Of a stretch of DNA of 46,436 nt, positions 21,272 to 34,350 are shown in pieces. Position numbers and translations under genes: made by a program. How positions within the stretch are numbered: position 1 is the stretch's first letter; every line of letters begins with the position of its first letter. The notes under the pieces are model-generated. The model was not told where the DNA came from. It saw only the letters and a list, made by a program, of their open reading frames with translations, and searched no databases. The stretch is from Nemertoderma westbladi. Taxonomy: Eukaryota > Animalia > Xenacoelomorpha. The stretch lies in NCBI GenBank assembly GCA_032718475.1, contig JAUCBJ010007079.1:1-46436 (forward strand). Direction: 5' to 3'.

Positions 21272-23330
21272 ATATTGGCATCTCGATTGATAGTTCATGG
21301 CAGAAATACATCAAAAAATGGTGTTGTTTCTATAGTTGCCATGGATACTGGGAAAGTTTTAGACTTTCACTGCCTAACTAAACATTGCCACGGTAGTTCA
21401 ATCAGGAAAGAAAGTGTTGAAGCCCATAAAAATGTCTGTGTGAAAAATCATAGTGGGTCTAGTGGTGCAATGGAGGGGAGGGTGTTGTGCTAGAATACTA
21501 TTTCAAAGAGGCAAGTCTAAACTAGGAATGCGATATACCAAATATTTAAGTGATGGTGATACTAACTCTTTCTCTGAGGTTGCCCAGAGTAGACCATATG
21601 GGGATAAAGTAACTATTTAAAAACTAGAACGCCATGTGCAAAAGAGGACTGGTTGACCCATGCGGAAATTGAAAGCTTCACTGAAGGGTGTGAAACTGTC
21701 AGATGGAAGAGTGATTTCTGGTAAAAACAGACTAACAGACTCGCGGATAGATAGGCTTCAAGGTTACTATGGAAATGCTATTCGGGCAAATGGTCACAGT
21801 GTCGATGCGATGTAAAAGGCAAGGTTACTATGGAAATGCTATTCGGGCAAATGGTCACAGTGTCGATGCGATGAAAAAGGCAATCTTGGCAACGTATTTC
21901 CACTATCTCTCCACTGACAAAAACCCATCCCATGGACTTTGCCCCAAAGATGCTGATAGTTGGTGCAAATATAACATTGCACAAATCACCCACCAAGCCT
22001 ATACTCATAAAATTAAATTCCAGAACCGATACTTTTGAAGCTGAAACCAATATATCGAGATCTCACTGAGAATAAATTCTTATCAAAGTGCCTTCATGGG
22101 AAAAGTCAAAATGTAAACGAGAGTTTAAATAATTCAATTTGGACTCGGTGCCCAAAGCGAGTGTTTATTGGTATACACACACTGCAACTCGGAACATTGG
22201 ATGCTGTATTGGTCTATAATAATTGAAATGAATTTCGAATACGTGTCCTAAAGCAGCTGGGGATAGAACCAGGCAAACATACTAACTATGGCCTACTCTC
22301 CTTGGACATGAGACGTGTCCGCACTGCTAACCTTTCTTCTTTCTTTTTTTTAACGGCATTAAAAATTGGAACGCTCTGCATAATGAAATTAAAAACCAAA
22401 ATAATCAACATTCTTTTAAATCTGCAGTTAAATCTCACCTCCGTGTGCAATGTAAAAATAGGTACAATAGTCCTTCAGTAAGTTATTAGTTTATAAATTA
22501 TTTACTATTTATACTGTAATTACGTTTTATATTAAATTGTTCTGTACATTACATCTTTATCGTTGAGTCAGACATTGTCACGCTCTCGGTAAAGTTGTAC
22601 ATGTACATAGTGTAATTACGTTTATATTGGTTTTAGGTTAGCGTAGTGTAATATTGTATTTGTAACTAAGTAACATAAAGGACCCCCTTGGAAATAAGCT
22701 GCAAAGCTTTAAGGGTAATCCTATATGTTATGTTGGACAATACCTTTATACCGGTACATTGTTTGGTGTATTTGTTATTGTTTTTACATAATGTATAAAT
22801 AAATCTATCTAACCGCGTTGATAGGGAAGCCAAGGCAAAGAACAGGTGAAATAGAAAAAGGAAAGAAGAAACTGATAATGAGTGCATTACAGGTCTATAC
22901 AAACTTGCAAATAATATGGAAACTAATTCTACACCTAATACAATAAATGAATAATTAATTAATTAATAATAATAAATTTGTTTTATTACTCTCATTAATA
23001 ATTAATCATATATTACTGGTACTACTAATTATAATACTTAATTACATCATGTTAATTTTGTAAATTTTTTTTCAAAACAATGTCAGGAGTGCACTTCACT
23101 CAAATGTTTATAACTTTTGAACGCTTGATTGCATTTAATTAGGACTTGATTTTTTGAATAGCTAATAAAATTTTGAACTAGAAAATTCAATAAAAAAAAT
23201 TTTGGTCAGAAAATTATTTTTTCTCGCCCTGCCTCCCTTCACATGTGATGTAAAGAAAATCTTACCTTCTGTGCAATCTCCCTGTCTAACGTATTTAACC
23301 TCATGGTCTTCCCCAGCTCTGCAAGGGCCC
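21272..23330 (+). mobile_element. Decayed DDE DNA transposon, Kolobok(Hydra-type)/Mutator-like transposase
   Basis: DSSW, TGKVLD, CVKNHSGSSGAME, YLSDGDTNSF, HVQKR, YYGNAIR, CP..SWCKY, CLHGKSQNVNESLN across frameshifts; candidate right end ..GGGCCC|TTAA at 23330; 61-bp internal tandem duplication at 21759-21873. Confidence 0.75.
22333..22808 (+). mobile_element. 5'-truncated CR1/L2-group LINE 3' end nested in the transposase
   Basis: Translates SFFFNGIKNWNALHNEIK..FKSAVKSHL (typical ORF2 C-terminus); 3' UTR motif GGACCCC..GGAAATAAG..GGGTAATCC; ends AATAAATCTAT; flanked by CTAACC on both sides. Confidence 0.75.
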
Positions 23331-23488
23331 TTAAGATTGCTTGTTTTTGTTCAACGAAACGAGTTATCATATGGTATAAACTTGACCACCAAATGGCAGA
23401 ATCAATAAAAATGGTTCTTAAAATCTCAATAAAAAGGAAGTTGGCATTCAATTTACTGAGCCTTACGCAACTCATTCATGGCTAAATT

Positions 23489-23780
23489 GGGAGTACGGAT
23501 AATTGCGACCCGGACAATTGCGACCCGGTCAATTGCGACCCATGTTTTTAAATAAAAATTATGTGTCACAATTGTCCGGGTCGCAATTGTCCGGGTCGCA
23601 ATTGTCAATGATACAATGATATTTATCAATGATATACATTACATCTTTTTATCTGGATCCGGAAAATTGCGACCCGGTCAATTGCAACCCAGACAATTGC
23701 GACCCGGTCAATTGCAACCCATAAATTTTTCCCAAAATCATGGGTCGCAATTGTCCAGGTCGCAATTGTCCTAATATCGC
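23489..23780. repeat. Two palindromic arrays of 15-bp CAATTGCGACCCGGW units (MITE-like)
   Basis: Direct units followed by their reverse complements at ~23497-23607 and ~23655-23772. Confidence 0.8.
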
Positions 23781-23929
23781 TAAATTGCTTCTGTGGAAGA
23801 AAGCTACGGTTTTCCATATCTTAGAAATTGTTAACTAAGTGAAGGTTGTAAATCAATTGCGTTGGTCACCACCAGATGTAGGCCATGGGGAAATCAACCA
23901 CAATTTCTCCAGCCGTTTAACCCCATCCC

Positions 23930-24930
23930 ATTAACCATATTCAACGCATTATCATGCAAAATTAAGTTGAGTTTAGAACCTAGTCCCCAGTCGTCAACTG
24001 CTTCTTTTAAGGCCGCTGCAATGTGATCGCCAGAATGACAAGCGGGGGAAGGGAAGACATTCAATAACTGCACATTTTCTTTCCCAGGACTCGAAATAGT
24101 GACATGTAAAGATGATATACGAGTCCTTATGTTCTGAACTCCATATATCTGTCGTACCAGTAAACCAAGTAATGTTCTTCATCACGTCCATGACCTTTCG
24201 CCGCACTCTAGTGTATATATCCGGCAATATTACCGTGCGAATTAGAAAATCGCTGGAATCAGAAAACGTGGATTAATTGTATTAATGAAAACTTGGAAGG
24301 ATCGTTTATTAACTAGGTTGTATGGCAACATTCCATCCACCAACATTTCATCCACCAACATTTCCATTTGCAAATAGTTAAGATCTATCTGAAGTTTGTT
24401 ACCTTTTGAATTGTGTTCCTTTCATAACATCAGCTCCCTGAGACTCGTCTGTCTTAAAGGCGTAGACCTAAAATGAATGGCAGGGGTATCTACATTCTAC
24501 AGCTGGCGCTACCGGGTATTCGTTTTCTTTAGGGGCATCTGTAAAATTAACCCCAGTTGGGTGGATGGAGTAGGAGTACGGATATTAATGGTACTACCTG
24601 TACCGGTACTAATAGAACTCGTACTGGAACTGGAGAGACCATTACCAGTAGACCTACTCACGTTATTTTTATCAATAATATAGATAGAACTTTTCTTATT
24701 TTTATCAATTTCTTCCACTATCTTCGTTTCCTCTTCGTCTCGTTTTACTTGGTGGAATGGAGTTTTGTGTTTTGCTTTCAGATGGCCAAATAAATACCCT
24801 GTGCCGAAAGTACAGTATGTGGTTTATATTTGGTTCTCCTCGAAATGCGCGTGTTGCATTCGTTCTCTTGCGTTTCGCATCTGCCCTCTCGCATGCGAGT
24901 GATCGCATATTAATCGCACTGAATAACTTG
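23930..24930 (-). pseudogene. hAT (Ac/ZBED-like) transposase fragment
   Basis: LPYNLVNKRSFQVFINTINPRF, TTDIWSS, TCHY, SGDHIAAALKEAVDDWGL, LHDNALNM. Confidence 0.85.
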
Positions 24931-25949
24931 TATTAGGAATAACTTTAACTTGTATATGTCAAACCACTTAAATTAGCCACTGGCACAGGAAATATACACT
25001 CCAGCATTACCCGCATGATATTGTATTTGATAAGATATACAGTAATTCAAGTAAATCTAACCTACCGTCATGGCTATACTATAGGCATACTATAGGTATG
25101 TCGTACACTCTTAAATGAACAAAAACATTCTCTTCACTCAGTAAATACAGTAACTGTATTATTAATGCACAGATATCTTAACAGATCAACATACTGTACA
25201 GTATAGCAGAGTTGCAGATCCCTATAACTCTTAAACTAAACATGGTTATCAGCGAATGGGAATTCAATAAATTTTAAATTAAAGCTGTGATAGCATTCTA
25301 TAAAGAATTATGATTTTCGTGGGAAAATCGGGTTCATGTAGGCCAATACAGTGTTACAGTTTACAGTAATTGTATTAGCTGGCTCAGCGTCTTTTCCACA
25401 ATGTACGCAGAAGATACCAGAAGATTTGGATTTTATATGTGTTTATTAGTAATTCGCATTTAGTACCAGTACTACTGTAGTAATTCAATACATGTAATTC
25501 GCACCCTGCACTACAATGCAAAGCTAAGCCAAATGGCCAAATGAAATAGAAGCACCAGTGAAAATTTTCATTCTTAAAATGCAAAATTAAAAAGAAACCT
25601 GAGCGAAATTTTTTCATTTTAACAATATAAAATGATAATGAAACTTTTTGAAATTTTTTGTGGCAAATTCTTGTTGATACTTCTCCACTTTGCACGAACT
25701 TTATCGCCGCCCACACTGCAGGTTCGGCGGTGTACTTGTCACTCTGCGTGGTGCAAAATCGTCATTACGCGGCTTTACACCACGTATTTCTCTTGTACAT
25801 GGAAGAATCTTCAGAGTTTCATGTAGCAATTCCAGCCTGGTATTAGCATTAGAAATTCTGGAATTACAAATTTTATTGTAAAATGTAATTGCTGCCAGTA
25901 CAAGTACCATTTTGATAATCAATTCGATCCCTTTCTTTGTCTTACAGAC

Positions 25950-27830
25950 TAGGCTATGCTATGCAGCTTTGGATGGAGTCGAGACGCAATCTACTCATAA
26001 GAGGAAACATGATTTATTGGAAACTGTTCAGAATGTGATTAGTATTAGTACAGGTAGCTGTCACAATGCTCCAAGTGCTGGTGGTGAGAATCTTATGATA
26101 ATCTTGTGATAGTGATGAGAGTTTGGACAGTAACACAGATTTTAGTTTTGGGGATAAGGATGAAGTTGAAGACCATAGTTTTGCAGATGAATGTCATTCT
26201 GCTTCTGGGAATGAATTGTGTTGCAAACTTTATGGTTGGCAGAGAAAGACTGGTATTTCCTATAGCTGCTTATCCAGTTTACTGAACATTTTAAACAAGT
26301 TTCATCCCAATTTACCATTGAGTTCTAAAACTCTGGTCGAGATACATAGAACTCAAGATTTTATTACTAAACAGACGACTGTTCCATGTGTTCCATGTGT
26401 TCCATGTGTTCCATGTGTTCCATGTGTTCCATGTGTTCCATGTGTTCCATGTGTTCCATGTGCAGGTGGTTTTATGGTGTTTCTTGGCTTTCCTGAATTG
26501 CCTCAAAATACGCAATTATGTCAAATATTGATGGCTTACCCATCTCTAAGTCATCTAATTTGTCACTATGGCCCATATTGGCCAGTCGTATTGGACTTGG
26601 CTACAAAGCTTTCAGTGTTGGAATTTGGGCAGGATATTGTAAACCAAATAATATGGTTGAATATTTACAACCTTTGTTAGATTGCCTGGCATAACATTAA
26701 AATAACCTTTGGCTAAAACCAAATTTACAATTAATGGTTGCTGATGCCCCAGCTTGAGCTATGCTTGGAGGAACCAAATTCGTCAGTGGTTATGCCTGCT
26801 GTACAGTTTGCAAAATTGTAGGAATATATAGTCACCAATTTCATAAGATAATTTTTCCTGGGAGGGAAGGCATGAGAACGATTATAGCACCATTTCAGAC
26901 GAAGAACATCAGTACTTGTATCACCATTGCATAAATATATCCCAATTTCTAGTGGTTTTGCATTTGACTATATGCATTGTCTTTGTCTCGGAGTTGTGAG
27001 ACTGTTGATTAAGTACTGGTATGGAACATCCACCCTTCGAGTCTCTCTACAATGCATTTTATCATCAACTGTCTTGAAAGCTAGATTAAATAGCTTTTAG
27101 TTGAGTTTGGATCAGCAATGCCTCATGTCGTTAACCGTCACCTTCGTGGATTTGATTCTCTTGAACATTTCAAGGCCATGGAATTTCGGAGATTTATAGC
27201 TTATGCAGCACCTCTAATGAAAGGGTTCCTACCAAATAAATACTTTGACCACTTTCAGATCAGCTAGCAATGCAGTCAAATTTCCCCTTGACTGATTATG
27301 CCAGTAACCTCATAAATTTCTTTAGCGGATCCATGAGTGAGTTATATACAGAACATGCGTTAACTTATAATAATATGCATATACTGACACATCGTGACGT
27401 TTTGGGTGTTTAGATTGATGGTCAGCATTTCGATTTGAATCATTTAAGAGCAAATTAAAACGGGATCTTTTTTCTCGAAATGCAAATTTAATTGTTCGAG
27501 AGGCACCATCCAAAGCTGAAGTACTTGTTGCTGGAGATGTTGAAGGACCTAATAAGTCCATTAAGCGTGGGGATTGTATAAAGTTTGATGAAATGTTTAT
27601 TGTTGTTCAAAGTTATACTGTGAACACACAAGTAATTACAGGTCGCAAGCTGAAATTTTTTGACTTATGCTTATACCATTCCTTGTTTGAGTGAATTGTA
27701 TGGTGAAGGGTACTACATTTCTGATGGTTTGACCTCTATTGGTAATCCATGTGTATTTCAGTGGTGTATTGCAATGCCTTCAAAATATGCTGGTTATAGT
27801 GATGCATATTATGTGACAAGGTTGTGTAAC
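25950..27830 (+). pseudogene. EnSpm/CACTA (CMC) transposase, decayed
   Basis: LLNIL..PNLPLSSKTL, NIDGLPISKSS..WPIL, VADAPA, CTVC, FDYMHCLCLGV, FKAMEFR, YNNMHILTH, SAFRFESF across frameshifts. Confidence 0.85.
26381..26461 (+). repeat. (GTTCCATGT)9 minisatellite; 7 units in copy B (35570-35632)
   Basis: Direct count from the VPC repeats. Confidence 0.95.
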
Positions 27831-28288
27831 TGAATTGAAAACGGTATATTAATACCGTTAGTACTACAAACTATCAGACCATTACGGTACTAGGCCTTGT
27901 ATAAACTAAAGAACATTATTACTATTACATAACTGAAATTGGTTTTAAGTAATATTAGTTATTCTCTAAATGTTCTAAACAATTGATATGGATATTACAC
28001 ACGCAATTGTATATTGTCAGCATGACAAGCAATATGGTCGGTTGACTTAGAGAGAGAACTTAGGAATTTTCAATGGGATTTAATTTGCAAAGTTAAAACA
28101 TATGAAGTAAAATATGGTGGTGGTGAATATTATAGAGCTGAAATTATAATACATGGTAATATGATTGACAATAACTTCCTTTGCTAAGGATATGAAAGCT
28201 AATGGTTATTCATTTAAACAACTGACGACAGGAAATTCAAACCCAGGATATCCAGAGTAATCAATGACCTCATTTCCGGAGCTATCAT

Positions 28289-28808
28289 TTGATTGGTCCA
28301 CCCTTGCAGTCATCATGTGAAGAGAACCTTCAATCCAGACGTGGTAAATCAACATTATCTTTACCTCTGCCATTTCCAAGACCAAATTCCATTGGCAAAG
28401 CAACTAACATCAATGAAGATATGCCCGATGGGGTGGGCATTGGTAGTGCTGCTGCTGGCAATAAAGACATACCCATGCTCGATGATGTTGGCATTGGTAG
28501 CGCAGCTACTGGCAATGAAGACACGTCTCGGTTAAGCTGTCTCGCTATGAGCCGAATCCCGAATAATCATTCATTATCATATCTTAGTGATAGGCAATTG
28601 CTAGAAGCTAATTTTCGATGGACCTGTGAACTTTGGCGCTCACTCAGAAGTATAAATACACAGTTTGGGATAATGAAGAAGAATACCGGTAAACATATTG
28701 ATAAATCTGTTACTGGTATCCATGAATCAGAAGAAGTTGAAATTACACCTGCATCCTCATTGGAGGAATTAAAGGATCTCTTAATGCCCGGTCTTTTGGA
28801 ACTATTAA
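28289..28808 (+). pseudogene. Probable second (accessory) gene fragment of the EnSpm element, cut by piggyBac
   Basis: 175-aa ORF downstream of the transposase ending PASSLEELKDL.. at a TTAA insertion; also at 37475-37994. Confidence 0.45.
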
Positions 28809-29866
28809 CCCTTTAACTCCCACGGGACTCCTAAGGCCCAGATTTTAAATAGTCAGTATTATCCCCTAATTTTGTACTCCTAAGGCCCAGATTTTAACTA
28901 GCCAGTATTATCCCCTAATTTTGTAAAAAACATGTTATAAAGTCTATCATCATGTAGAAATGCATTCAATTTTACTAAAAAGTAGTGTATCTCGTAATGA
29001 AACACAAATTTAATGACAAAATAATTGCTTTTTATGTTGAACGATTGACAGGTAGTGACAATAACTTTCTTATCTATTAAAATCTATTAAAATCTATTAA
29101 ATTAATCTATTAAAATAACATATAAACACTGTTTACTGCCACAAATCATGGTATATTGGTTAAATCAATAATTTATGAATCAATGTAATAAGTCAGGGCG
29201 GTCCTATTGGAGTTGCTGATGCGAATATATATATTGGAGTTCCTGATGCACTTAAATCCACAATTCCGATATCTATATCTGGTTGTACTATTCCAACTTC
29301 CAGTAGGCCTACTACCAGTAACGGTATTCAAATTCCGACTACCGGTACTTCCACTTCCACTACCAGTACCGGTCAAATTCCAATTACTGGTAGTTCCACT
29401 ACCGGTACTATTCAAATTCCAACTACCGGAACTATTAAAATTCCAACTACCACCAGTACCAGTGCTAACGCTACTATTACCAGCATTATAGGAGGTGTTA
29501 AACCCACAGATTTCATCAAATGGACTAACAAAATTAAGTCAAACCCCCAAATGAATGTAAATTATCAAGTAAAGTTCTCCAATCACCGCTTCAAGTATTC
29601 GGGAAAACCACAAACCTTCCAGAACTCATAGACCTACTTACCAATGAGTCAATACGATATTCTGAACAAAAGGGCTGTACATTCACAATCACTGGTGAAG
29701 GAATGAAGGCGTTACTCGGTATTAATTATGTTACGTCAATCAACAAGTTACCATCCATTGTAGATTACTGGCCAACAAACATATTTGTAGGAAACCGCGG
29801 AAACAGAATATTATGACTCGTAGTTTCAAGATATTCTACAGAATCTTCATTTCGTGGATAATTCCA
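28809..29866 (+). mobile_element. piggyBac element 5' part, internally deleted copy
   Basis: TTAA|CCCTTTAAC terminus; two ~49-bp subterminal direct repeats; transposase remnants TNESIRYSEQKG, MKALLGI, KLPSIVDYW, FQDILQNLHFVDN. Confidence 0.8.
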
Positions 29867-30000
29867 AAGGGGTGCTGGTCAGGTCACCTCGCCGCAAGTC
29901 ATCTTGCCGCAGATAATGCGCGGCGAGGTGTCTTGTGGTGAGGTGTCTCACTGTGAATGCCATTTCGCCGCAAATTATCGGACACCTCGCCGCAAGTCAA
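29867..30000. repeat. Palindromic CACCTCGCCGC-motif array (MITE-like terminus)
   Basis: cacctcgccgc / gcggcgaggtg units; copy B is interrupted by E3 at 40250. Confidence 0.55.
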
Positions 30001-30350
30001 TATTAATCATTTATTTCTATATTTACAGGGAAACTAAGCCTAGTTATGGCATTGGGCATTATTATAAGAAGAAATAAAATAATAGGGTAATGTTAGTTGT
30101 TCTATTATAATTACTGTATTATTATAGATATACAGTGAGAGTATTTTAGTAACGTATTAGATAATAGTAAAACAGTCCTATTCGTATGTTTGTCAAAACT
30201 GTTGATCAGTTGTTTAAAACAAGGGGGTGCCTTCAATATGCGTACTGTACACGAGATTTGCAGATTAAAGTTTACATTTTTAGATTTGAATTCATAACTG
30301 TTGTACGGAGCCCCTAAAGGGACATGAGAAAAAAAAATATTTTTTTTCGC

Positions 30351-30693
30351 TAACTCGTGCGAACGACTTAGTATGTCGTGCGAACGACTTACTAAGTCGT
30401 GCGAACGACATACTAAGTCGTGCGAACGACTTAACTAACTCGTGCGAACGACATACTAAGTCGTGCAAACGACATACTAAGTCGTGCGCACGACTTACTA
30501 AGTCGTGCGAACGACTTACTAAGTCGTGCGAACGACATACTAAGTCGTGCGAATGACTTAACTAACTCGTGCGAACGACATACTAAGTCGGGCGAACAAC
30601 ATAGTAACTCGTGCGAACGACATAGTAAGTCGTTCGAACGACATACTAAGTCGTGCGAACGACTTAGTAACTCGTGCGAACGACTTACTAACT
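30351..30693. repeat. 22-bp tandem array (~15 units, TAAGTCGTGCGAACGACWTAC-like)
   Basis: Head-to-tail units with internal GTCGT..ACGAC dyad, no unique spacers. Confidence 0.92.
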
Positions 30694-31243
30694 GTACTTT
30701 GATTGGCTAAATAATACTGGCAATAAAAGCACAACCTTTTTAGCGGGTTTTTCAATTCAATCTACAGCATTGTTGTTAATGGCATTATTGGTTGAAAATA
30801 TTATTATCAATGGCTGAACGCGCTCTGTTAATATCGACGTACTTTAACTTAGGCCTAATATATGGACAGATTTCATCTGCTTTAAAACTAAATAATGAAG
30901 TTATCCTAAGCGTCCGACAAATTAAAAGAATATTGAGTGGACTGAATTTGGGCAGGAGAAATGTTTACACTAATACGGAAGAAGTCATTAATTTCATTTC
31001 CAATGAAATTAAAGGATCGGGACACCTGCATGGGTATCGCATGATGCACACCAAGTGCATATTAGCTGGTCTGCGAGTGCGAAAGGAAGATGTGCGTCAC
31101 ATTCTCCGCATGCTTGATCCTGAAGCATCGCAATGGCGCGCTACGAGACGTTTGCGTCGCCGCCAGTACTTTGCTAAGGGACCGAATTTTATCTGGCACC
31201 TAGACGGGTACGACAAATTGAAACCTTATGGATTATGCATTAG

Positions 31244-31675
31244 GGATGTCACGAATTTCCTTGTTAAATATTATTAGAATATTTTATTTTCAAGTAAGCG
31301 TGAAATAAAGTAAATTATGGGGTGCTATATAAACAACGCGGCTTGAAATAAAGTAACAGTATTATTTCAGTATAATATCTTTAACATATTAATTTTATTG
31401 TAACTAAGTCAGTAAGTAGCTGTATTATCTTATCTACGGTCGGCGCTGTTAGATAAGCTTATTATAGTGTCAGGTGTTGTTGCTGTGTTGCTAAGCAACA
31501 TTCCCATCTCACTATTGTATCGAACAGCTGTAATCGAAATCTCAGGTTTTGGGGGGGAGGTGAGATAGGTGCTACTATTTAGAGTATTGTACAATATTGT
31601 CACTCCGCCACAATATTCGATTTAAATAAAGTACGTACCCGTATTTCAATTCAAATAAGTAATGCGTTAACATCC
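31244..31675. mobile_element. 432-bp MITE-like insertion in the IS3EU-like ORF
   Basis: Ends GGATGT..ACATCC, flanked by AG on both sides; removal restores CISGCIDGYSRK. Confidence 0.7.
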
Positions 31676-31708
31676 AGTGGGTGCATTGATGGATATTCCC
31701 GGAAAATG

Positions 31709-32879
31709 TGTAAAAGCTTTTGTGGGATAACTGATACGTTTGCCTTTGCTGGCCAGTTCACCCCCGGTCGCTAGAATACTCTAAAAGGGAGCTATAGCTA
31801 AAATAGTGCAAGCTACCAGCTTATTGGCTGATGTGCTGTACGGAGGTATCTGGGCTCAGTTTAATCGGCCAACCAGCTTAGAGAGGTTGCCTAAGCCCTG
31901 CTGTCCGTATCGGCCAATAGAATTTGAGTGGGCGTTGATTTCGACCTATCCCAGAGCTACTGAACTGAATTTCCTATCTCTATGCTCATCCTCTGTGTTG
32001 AACGGGAGCTTCGTGGAATAAGGGTAGTTGGTATCCTCGTATAGTTATTCTAGTCATATGATTCTTTATATGATTCTGTTGTTGTGTTCCCATTTTTCGC
32101 CATAACACCGGCTTTTGGGAAGAACTCCAGTAAAACTGCTTAAATTATCGAAAGTATAACTGTTACCTCACTAACGGCGGTCTTACCTAACTCACTTAAT
32201 TTAACTGCACTAATCATATTTTTCTACTGTTATTTACCGTCAGTTATTAATTGTATCTATTTGTTGATGAAATATTGCCCTTTGGAGAATACAGATAAAT
32301 CACCCAAATTTCCCAATTTTCTTGATACACTACAGGTTAGAGAGACAGGCTATATATAACAATTGCGATTTATATTAATGTGGTGTGTATTGAATCTAAT
32401 GTTATTTAGCAGACCCTACATGAGTCAATTGCTGCTCTCTTTATGTGTGATCAAATATACTGACGGTCGGCAGAATAGTGTGCATGATTGTGAGTGGTAA
32501 CAAAGTATTTCCTAAAGAATACGCCTTATACTTTAATCATAAGCGGTATCGTTGCGTTTAGTATAAGTCCTAGTTCTGTTTAAATAGATAGAGCGCCACG
32601 TCCTAAAGGAACTGTTAATATTTCCCGAAAGCCAATAATATCTGTCAGAAATTAATTATTAACGATCTATCGAATAATACAGTAGGTTTACACTGCAACC
32701 TTACACTGCAATAATAAAATTTAAGCATCCGAATTCAGCCTCCCGGGTGTAGATCCATCGGGTGAATGATCGCGCATGGGCTGATTTCGGCTAATGTTTT
32801 GTTTATTAGCATAAAATATTGTCGTATGCTAAAGGTGTTTTAATTAACTAAAAGACATATAAATTTTGGCAGGTTAAAT
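31709..32879 (+). repeat. Solo/truncated LTR of the E3 family, opposite orientation
   Basis: Starts TGTAAAAGCTT; 32110-32879 is the reverse complement of ~40280-41070; the last ~25-30 bp are missing at the duplication breakpoint. Confidence 0.9.
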
Positions 32880-32883
32880 TCTG

Positions 32884-33790
32884 GCAATGTGATCGCCAGA
32901 ATGACAAGCGGGGGAAGGGAAGACATTCAATAACTGCACATTTTCTTTCCCAGGACTCGAAATAGTGACATGTAAAGATGTTATACGAGTCCTTATGTTC
33001 TGAACTCCATATATCTGTCGTACCAGCAAACCAAGTAATGCTCTTCATCACGTCCATGACCTTTCGCCGCACTCTAGTGTAAATATCCGGCAATATTACC
33101 GTGCGAATTAGAAAATCGCTTGGAATCAGAAAACGTGGATTAATTGTATTAATGAAAACTTGGAAGGATCGTTTATTAACTAGGTTGTATGGCAACATTT
33201 CATCCACCAACATTTCATCCACCAACATTTCCATTTGCAAATAGTTAAGATCTATCTGAAGTTTGTTACCTTTTGAATTGTGTTCCTTTCATAACATCAG
33301 CTCACTGAGACTCGTCTGTCTTAAAGGCGTAGACCTAATATGAATGGCAGGGGTATCTACAGCTGGCGCTACCGGGTATTCGTTTTCTTTAGGGGCATCT
33401 GTTAAATTAACCCCAGTTGGGTGGATGGAGTAGGAGTACGGATATTAATGGTACTACCTGTACCAGTACTAATAGAACTCGTACTGGAACTGGAGAGACC
33501 ATTACCAGTAGACCTACTCACGTTATTTTTATCAATGATATAGATAGAACTTTTCTTATTTTTATCAATTTCTTCCACTATCTTCGTTTCCTCTTCGTCT
33601 CGTTTTACTTGGTGGAATGGAGTTTTGTGTTTTGCTTTCAGATGGCCAAATAAATTCCCTGTGCCGAAAGTACAGTATGTGGTTTATATTTGGTTCTCCT
33701 CGAAATGCGCGTGTTGCATTCGTTCTCTTGCGTTTCGCATCTGCCCTCTCGCATGCGAGTGATCGCATATTAATCGCACTGAATAACTTG
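32884..33790 (-). pseudogene. hAT transposase fragment, copy B
   Basis: ORF 32848-33240 with TTDIWSS; truncated at the LTR junction. Confidence 0.85.
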
Positions 33791-34020
33791 TATTAGGAAT
33801 AACTTTAACTTGTATATGTCAAACCACTTAAATTAGCCACTGGCACAGGAAATATACACTCCAGCATTACCCGCATGATATTGTATTTGATAAGATTTAC
33901 AGTAATTCAAGTAAATCTAACCTACCGTCATGGCTATACTATAGGCATACTATAGGTATGTCGTACACTCTTAAATGAACAAAAACATTCTCTTCACTCA
34001 GTAAATACAGTAACTGTATT

Positions 34021-34350
34021 ACTAGAGACGGCGTCAAGACGCCGTTAAGCAAGTCGGAAGTCATCAATCAAATGTAAATTCCATCAACAAGCTGTCATTG
34101 GTGTTATTTTACCATTGCGCCTATGGCGTTTTTTCGTTTATGTCTATTTTTCGAGCCCACGGCTCATGGACGAAATAGCGGAACATACCAGGGACCTTAG
34201 AATCGTGGTATCTAGCCGCTGTGAAAATTTCATCAAAATCGTTAGAGTAGTTTTGGCTGTAGATCAGTCAGTCAGCCAGCCAGCCAGCCAGCCAGTCAGT
34301 CAGCCAGTCAGCCAACAATTCTTACAGTAATCAAGTCCTACGACTTGCTA
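34021..34350 (+). mobile_element. 330-bp Helitron/Helentron-associated (HINE/DINE-like) non-autonomous element
   Basis: Absent from copy A at 25160/25161; no TSD; starts ACTAG, 5' hairpin ACGGCGTC-AA-GACGCCGT, (CAGT/CAGC)n tract, 3' hairpin CAAGTC..GACTTG. Confidence 0.7.

Larger units (their letters stand above)
24018..29936 (+). repeat. Segmental duplication copy A (copy B 32884-40250)
   Basis: Near-identical colinear sequence and duplicated ORF track, with few SNPs and indels. Confidence 0.95.
30304..31708 (+). mobile_element. IS3EU-like DNA transposon, 5' part (integrase-core transposase, interrupted)
   Basis: TAC terminus (TACGGAGCCCC), 22-bp subterminal array, ORF 30792-31277 with HGYRMM, LRRRQYFAKGPNFIWHLDGYDKLKPYG, continuing as SGCIDGYSRKM at 31676-31708. 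Confidence 0.75.

Noticed and set aside
26312-26515. WNT/VPC repeat proteins
   Set aside because: Translation of a 9-bp minisatellite whose copy number differs between duplicates.
30351-30693. CRISPR-like array of partly palindromic repeats
   Set aside because: Units are head-to-tail with no unique spacers, no cas genes, eukaryotic transposon subterminal context.
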